A DNA stretch of 63,999 nucleotides, counting the filler, from Octopus bimaculoides (taxonomy: Eukaryota): assembly GCF_001194135.2 (NCBI RefSeq). It is 5 parts of 5 records of this genome, joined end to end, with 100 filler letters (N's around TTAATTAATTAA, not from the genome) between each part and the next. Parts side by side here need not be neighbours in the genome. Positions count along the whole stretch, not along the records: positions 61,348 to 63,999 come from NW_026303352.1; 4 more parts are not named here. The stretch is one strand, 5' to 3'. The notes beneath the pieces were generated by a model. That model was not told the DNA's origin and searched no databases. It was given only the letters and a program-made list of their open reading frames with translations. Within the stretch, counting starts at the first letter, position 1; the number at the start of each line of letters is the position of its first letter. Position numbers and translations under genes: made by a program. Shown one piece after another: positions 62,985 through 63,999 of this stretch.

Positions 62985-63999
62985 TCAGGCTTGTGTTGCA
63001 TGAAAGATTGCAAAGATAACGCAATGTATAATAAATTGAAGAGGAATGAAACTGAAAATAGGTGTGTAAAGTAAACAATGCACGGACAATTTCATAGGGA
63101 TTTTGAAGATAAGACTGACAGAGAAAAAAGATGGCTGTGGATGACTAAAAGTTATTTAAAACCGGAAACGGATGCCCTAATATGTGATCCCAAGAGCAAG
63201 CACTAAGGACAAACTACATAAAATACAGAATGGATAACGCATCAGGAAGTAATAATTGCAGAATTTGTGGAGAAAATGGTGGAACCGTATGGCATATTAT
63301 CAGCCAATGTAAGCCACTAGCCCAGAAGAAATATGAGCCACCATGACAATATAGCCAGGTTTGCCCATTGGGCTGTTTGCAACAAGGATGGACTTGACAG
63401 ACCAAAGAATTGGCACGACCACAAACCGAAGGCATCGTCGAAAATAAAAATGCAAATATCCTATGAGATTTTATGATTCAGTGCGATCATGAGATAGAGA
63501 TTAGGAAGACATACATAGTTTTCATTGAGAAAGAATACAAACTATGCTGGATCTTAGATATAGCATGCCCAGCTGATAACAAGGTATGCGATAAGGAAGA
63601 AAGAAAATTTAAGAGATATGACAGATTAGCTTGGTAAGTTAAGCAGTTGTGGTCGATGAAAACTGTGGCAGTAGTAACAATATTTGTCGGAGCCCTGGGA
63701 ACAGTGAGCAAAAATCTCGAGACGTACTTGGAAAAAATAGGGGCTGCAATAAGGGCGGAGCGTTTGCAAAAAACAGCACTGCTTAGAACCGCCGGAATAC
63801 TCCGTAGGGTGCACGAAAAATATGAGGTGTTACTTTAGTTCACTGCTAGTGAAAAGCTGACACTGCAGTATATCTTCAGCGTTAGAAGCTGTGCAAAGGA
63901 ATTGACAATAATAATAATAATAATGATACTAATAAAAATAGTAATAATAAATAATAAATAATAATAAATAATAAATAATAATAATAATAATAATAATAA
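62985..63999 (+). mobile_element. 5'-truncated R4/Dong-like element, same family as 33835-36830
   Basis: QEQALRTNYIKYRMD, CRICGE, DIACPAD and VGALGTVSKNLETYLEKIG. Its 3' UTR closely matches that of the 33835 copy, and it ends in a (TAA)n-like tail. Confidence 0.88.

Noticed and set aside
1-63999. Hundreds of ORFs rich in YI, HT, CV, LS/ER, poly-N/L/F or X
   Set aside because: They are translations of microsatellites or N gaps, not genes.

Overview
AT-rich animal genomic DNA, gappy and saturated with microsatellites. It is most likely octopus (inference from the SINE families and repeat load; not verified by search). About 20% of the window is N. One host gene is recoverable: a spliced minus-strand EXD1-like gene (piRNA-pathway DEDD pseudo-exonuclease) with at least 8 exons in 37877-50581 and an unresolved 5' end. 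The rest is transposon debris: several tRNA-derived SINE families, R4/Dong-like, CRE-like and RTE-like LINE fragments, a Penelope-like element, an internally deleted Helitron with both termini, and TTAA piggyBac-type MITEs. There are two top finds. (1) A retrozyme-like insertion at 62224-62668: a 346-bp monomer plus a 96-bp terminal redundancy and a 12-13 bp TSD, carrying an intact type-I hammerhead ribozyme. More decayed hammerhead-like cores occur elsewhere, including one in the Penelope-like element. (2) Two divergent ~1.7-kb TSD-flanked retroelements that encode only an ORF1/gag-like protein and no reverse transcriptase (HAL1-like). All assignments were made by eye without database searches.
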